A DNA stretch of 64,000 bases from Candidatus Latescibacterota bacterium. Lineage in GTDB: Bacteria > Krumholzibacteriota > Krumholzibacteriia > WVZY01 > JAKEHA01. The stretch covers positions 160,001 to 224,000 of the forward strand of contig OY970173.1 of the NCBI GenBank assembly GCA_963707635.1, read 5' to 3'. The notes under the pieces are model-generated. The model saw only the letters and a list, made by a program, of their open reading frames with translations. It was not told where the DNA came from and ran no database searches. The position numbers and the translations under genes are program-made. Positions 61,209 through 64,000 of the stretch are shown here, piece after piece (within the stretch, counting starts at the first letter, position 1; each line of letters opens with the position of its first letter).

Positions 61209-63833
61209 CTAGAAATCCTCGAGCAGCCATATATTCCCTTCACCCGTGTTGCTCGTGAAGGCAACATGACGGCCATCGGGTGAGGCCGCGGAGCTGTACA
61301 TCCACATTTGCGTGGGCAAGAGTCGCGTCGTCTTGCCATTCGCGGCCACGCGGTACAAATTCCACTCTTCATCCTCGTCACTCAAGCCGATTGCGAACCA
61401 ACCGGTTCCGTCCGCAGTCCAGGCCACGTTCATGCCCCGGAGCTCGCGATCCAACCTGGTGTCGTGGATAGAGCCGTCCCGCAGCGAGAGCGTGCGAATC
61501 ACGGGCAAATCGTCTGGTTTGATCGCCAGCCTCGTCGCGTCGAACGACAGATCCCAGACAGGCACCTTGCCCGCCGATACGCGCGCCACCTCGCTGCCCA
61601 GACCTTGAAGCGGATCGAATTCGGCAAAAACGGTTTCGGCGCCATCGGACGCGCTCACTACGCAGAGCGTCGCGGGTGGTGTTGCACACCGGAACTGTGC
61701 GGTCGCCTGGGTGTCGAACACCTTCTCGGGCGGACCTCCCGCGACGGGCAACCGCATGACGCGAGTCACTTCTTCGGTGCCACCCTCGGCTCCTCTGTAC
61801 TCCAGGTAGAGAATCCAGTGGCCATCGGGGCTTACACACGGCGCAGACTGGTCGCCGGGACCGGTCACCAGTGGCTCCGCAGCGGACGCGTCGAGCGCCT
61901 GCCGAAAGATGTCGGGGCTGCCGTTACGATCCGACGTGAACAGGATCGATTTTCCGTCCGGCATCCACGTCGGCTCGACGTCCATGCGTTCATCCAATGT
62001 CAAGCGTCGGACATCTTGCAGCGCGGAGTCCCGGGGCGCAATGCGACCCACGTAGCAGTCGCTCTGATACATGAGGATGCGTACGCTGAGCCGCTTTCCG
62101 TCCGTCGAGATACCTAACGGAAGGACCGCAGACAGCCCGATCCACTGCGTGATTCTTCGCGGCTTGCCGGATGGAGCGCCCGACGACGGATCGACACGGA
62201 TCGACCAAAGGTTCATGTCGCGTTGACTGGGAGGCGGATCGGTGAGCCCGAAGAAGAGCCGCCCGTCCGGCGCCCACAGAGCGATCGTGAATCCGTGCAT
62301 GCTCTGTTCGGAGTTGCTCGATAGAATTTCACGGCGATTTCCATCGAGATCGCAGGACTCCAGTGTGATTCGAAAGCCTGCGGGTCCGACCGACAAACGC
62401 GCGTACGCCAAACGCGATCCCTTCGGCGACCACACCGCCCACGTGTTGATCGTGCTCGTCGAGTCACTCGGCAGAACGCGCCGTGCATTCTCGCCGCTTA
62501 CGTCCGCACACCAGATCTCTGCGCCGCTGCCGGCGGAGTGCATGTACGCGATGCGTGATCCGTCGCGCGAAACGGTCGCCCCGTAGCCGTCGCTGCAAAT
62601 CTTGCGCGCCCGTCCGCCAAGCACCGGAATCGCCCACACGCACGGGCTTCCATCCGACATGTTGCCGCTGATCAGCAGCTGGCTTCCGTCGGGGAACCAA
62701 TCGAGGGTCGGAACGACGAGTCCGGCCGAGAATCCATCGGGGAGCTTCACCGGACTGCTTTCGCCCGAATCGACCGCACGCAAAGAAAGGCCAGTGTGAT
62801 CGACGACCGCGAGCGTTCGCCCGTCAGGAGAAATGACTCCGGCGCCGACCGGATTGCTCCACGGATTCGAGGTGAGCTGTCGTTGCTGGAGCTCGGGATG
62901 GTGCCACGGCCGTCGCCACACGACAAGAGCTCCTACTCCCAGCCCACCCAGCACGAGCGCCACGATCACGGTCCTCCGTGCCACAACCCTGCCGTTGGAC
63001 TTTTTTCCTGGCCCGCCCACGCCGTGGGCCAGCCTCTTCAAGTCTTCTATGACTTCGCTCGTCGAGGAGTATCGCTCCGCCGGCTCTTTCGCCAGCATGC
63101 GCCCGACCACCGGCTCCAACTCCGCGGCTCGCTTGACGCCCGAGGCTCGCAGCATCGGCGGCGCGACGTTCAGGATCTTGTGCATCACGGCCGGTTCGTG
63201 CTCAGCCATAAATGGAGACGTCCCGGTCAGCATTTCGTGGAACAGAACTCCCAGCGAGAAGATATCGGAGCGTTGATCAAGCTCCTCGCCTCTCACCTGC
63301 TCGGGAGACATGTAGGCCACCGTGCCCACGGTGCCCCCGGTCTTCGTCAATTTCGTTTCGCCCCCGAGTTTCGCCAGGCCGAAGTCCAGGATCTTCGCCA
63401 CACCCTGGTCGGTGATCACGACGTTGGCCGGCTTGATATCGCGGTGCACGATTCCGCGTCGGTGCGCCTCCTCGAGCCCGTGCGCCACCTGTGTGACGAT
63501 GTCGATCGCGTCCTCGGCGCCGAGCGGTCCGCGTGTGAGGCGGTCTTTGAGCGTCTCGCCTTCGTAGTAGTCCATGCAAATGAACATGTGCCCGTCGTCG
63601 CTCTGGTCGATCTCGTGGATCGTGCAGATGTTGTGATGCTGGAGCGCGGAGATCGCCTGAGCTTCGCGGAGCAGGCGCTTCTTAGCCGTTTCGTCGCGCG
63701 TCAGTTCAACGGGGAGAAACTTGAGGGCAACCGTACGCTTGAGTCTGTCGTCTTCCGCCTTGTAGACGACGCCCATGCCACCGGAACCTATTTCCTGCAG
63801 GATCTTGTAATGGGAGACGGTCCGGCCGATCAT
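61209..63833 (-). CDS. Hanks-type Ser/Thr kinase with TM and extracytoplasmic PD40/TolB propeller
   Basis: GSGGMGVVY, VALK, HRDIKPAN, DFGLA, YMSPEQ; TM; SPDG repeats. Confidence 0.93.
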   Translation of the reverse strand: MIGRTVSHYKILQEIGSGGMGVVYKAEDDRLKRTVALKFLPVELTRDETAKKRLLREAQAISALQHHNICTIHEIDQSDDGHMFICMDYYEGETLKDRLTRGPLGAEDAIDIVTQVAHGLEEAHRRGIVHRDIKPANVVITDQGVAKILDFGLAKLGGETKLTKTGGTVGTVAYMSPEQVRGEELDQRSDIFSLGVLFHEMLTGTSPFMAEHEPAVMHKILNVAPPMLRASGVKRAAELEPVVGRMLAKEPAERYSSTSEVIEDLKRLAHGVGGPGKKSNGRVVARRTVIVALVLGGLGVGALVVWRRPWHHPELQQRQLTSNPWSNPVGAGVISPDGRTLAVVDHTGLSLRAVDSGESSPVKLPDGFSAGLVVPTLDWFPDGSQLLISGNMSDGSPCVWAIPVLGGRARKICSDGYGATVSRDGSRIAYMHSAGSGAEIWCADVSGENARRVLPSDSTSTINTWAVWSPKGSRLAYARLSVGPAGFRITLESCDLDGNRREILSSNSEQSMHGFTIALWAPDGRLFFGLTDPPPSQRDMNLWSIRVDPSSGAPSGKPRRITQWIGLSAVLPLGISTDGKRLSVRILMYQSDCYVGRIAPRDSALQDVRRLTLDERMDVEPTWMPDGKSILFTSDRNGSPDIFRQALDASAAEPLVTGPGDQSAPCVSPDGHWILYLEYRGAEGGTEEVTRVMRLPVAGGPPEKVFDTQATAQFRCATPPATLCVVSASDGAETVFAEFDPLQGLGSEVARVSAGKVPVWDLSFDATRLAIKPDDLPVIRTLSLRDGSIHDTRLDRELRGMNVAWTADGTGWFAIGLSDEDEEWNLYRVAANGKTTRLLPTQMWMYSSAASPDGRHVAFTSNTGEGNIWLLEDF

Positions 63834-63840
63834 GGGCCGC

Positions 63841-63870
63841 ATGATACGGCAGGGGGACGGTCGCCGTCAA
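63841..63870 (-). promoter_or_regulatory. leaderless sigma70 promoter of kinase gene
   Basis: TTGACG-N18-TATCAT-N7-ATG. Confidence 0.6.
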
Positions 63871-64000
63871 AAGTGAGCATTCGCGACCGGCAGCCAGCGA
63901 GTCCAGCTCGAATTGTTGCCGGCGAAGTTGAGCACGCCGAGTTGAACGCCGTGCAGTGCTTTCGCGTAGTTGAAGATTGCAATTGTGAGTCCCGCGGTCG
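63867..64000 (-). CDS. 3' end of a surface repeat protein (GxQxGxxN-type), partial
   Basis: TAGLTIAIFNYAKALHGVQLGVLNFAGNNSSWTRWLPVANAHF*. Confidence 0.55.
   Translation of the reverse strand, partial: TAGLTIAIFNYAKALHGVQLGVLNFAGNNSSWTRWLPVANAHF

Overview
High-GC bacterial chromosomal segment with about 50 genes. I found no rRNA, tRNA, CRISPR array, transposase, integrase or phage genes. Six secreted proteins end in the same PNPF(N)P...SGxYxxRL...K(M/L/F)VL(L)K/R C-terminal (T9SS-type A/FlgD-like) domain: S8, M43 and M1 peptidases, an FG-GAP/ASPIC protein, a PHP/CehA-like hydrolase and a 7x61-aa propeller. Together with two eukaryotic-like Ser/Thr kinases, this suggests an FCB-group organism such as Krumholzibacteriota, Eisenbacteria or Latescibacterota (inference). 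Housekeeping and metabolic genes are proC, a nagB-PIG-L fusion, a compact rho, a cysteine synthase-family gene, ettA, an asnB-like amidotransferase, pit/DUF47, msrA and a parA-like ATPase. Small modules are a type III PKS + ICMT methyltransferase pair, two glycan-modification clusters, an Hsp20-HPF/CSD-CBS-CBS stress operon, a di-heme protein pair and an ECF sigma / anti-sigma-like / vWA locus. The best sequence-level observations are: a shared AAwCC-N16-CGACTCA promoter motif in front of the ECF sigma and vWA genes; an SD-led 24-codon uORF whose end overlaps the rho start; several leaderless sigma70 promoters; three sigma54-like promoters; a 32-bp ACAC-flanked insertion disrupting a gene end; and three short-indel frameshifts that are probably assembly errors. 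No clearly novel multi-gene system can be proven from this sequence alone.
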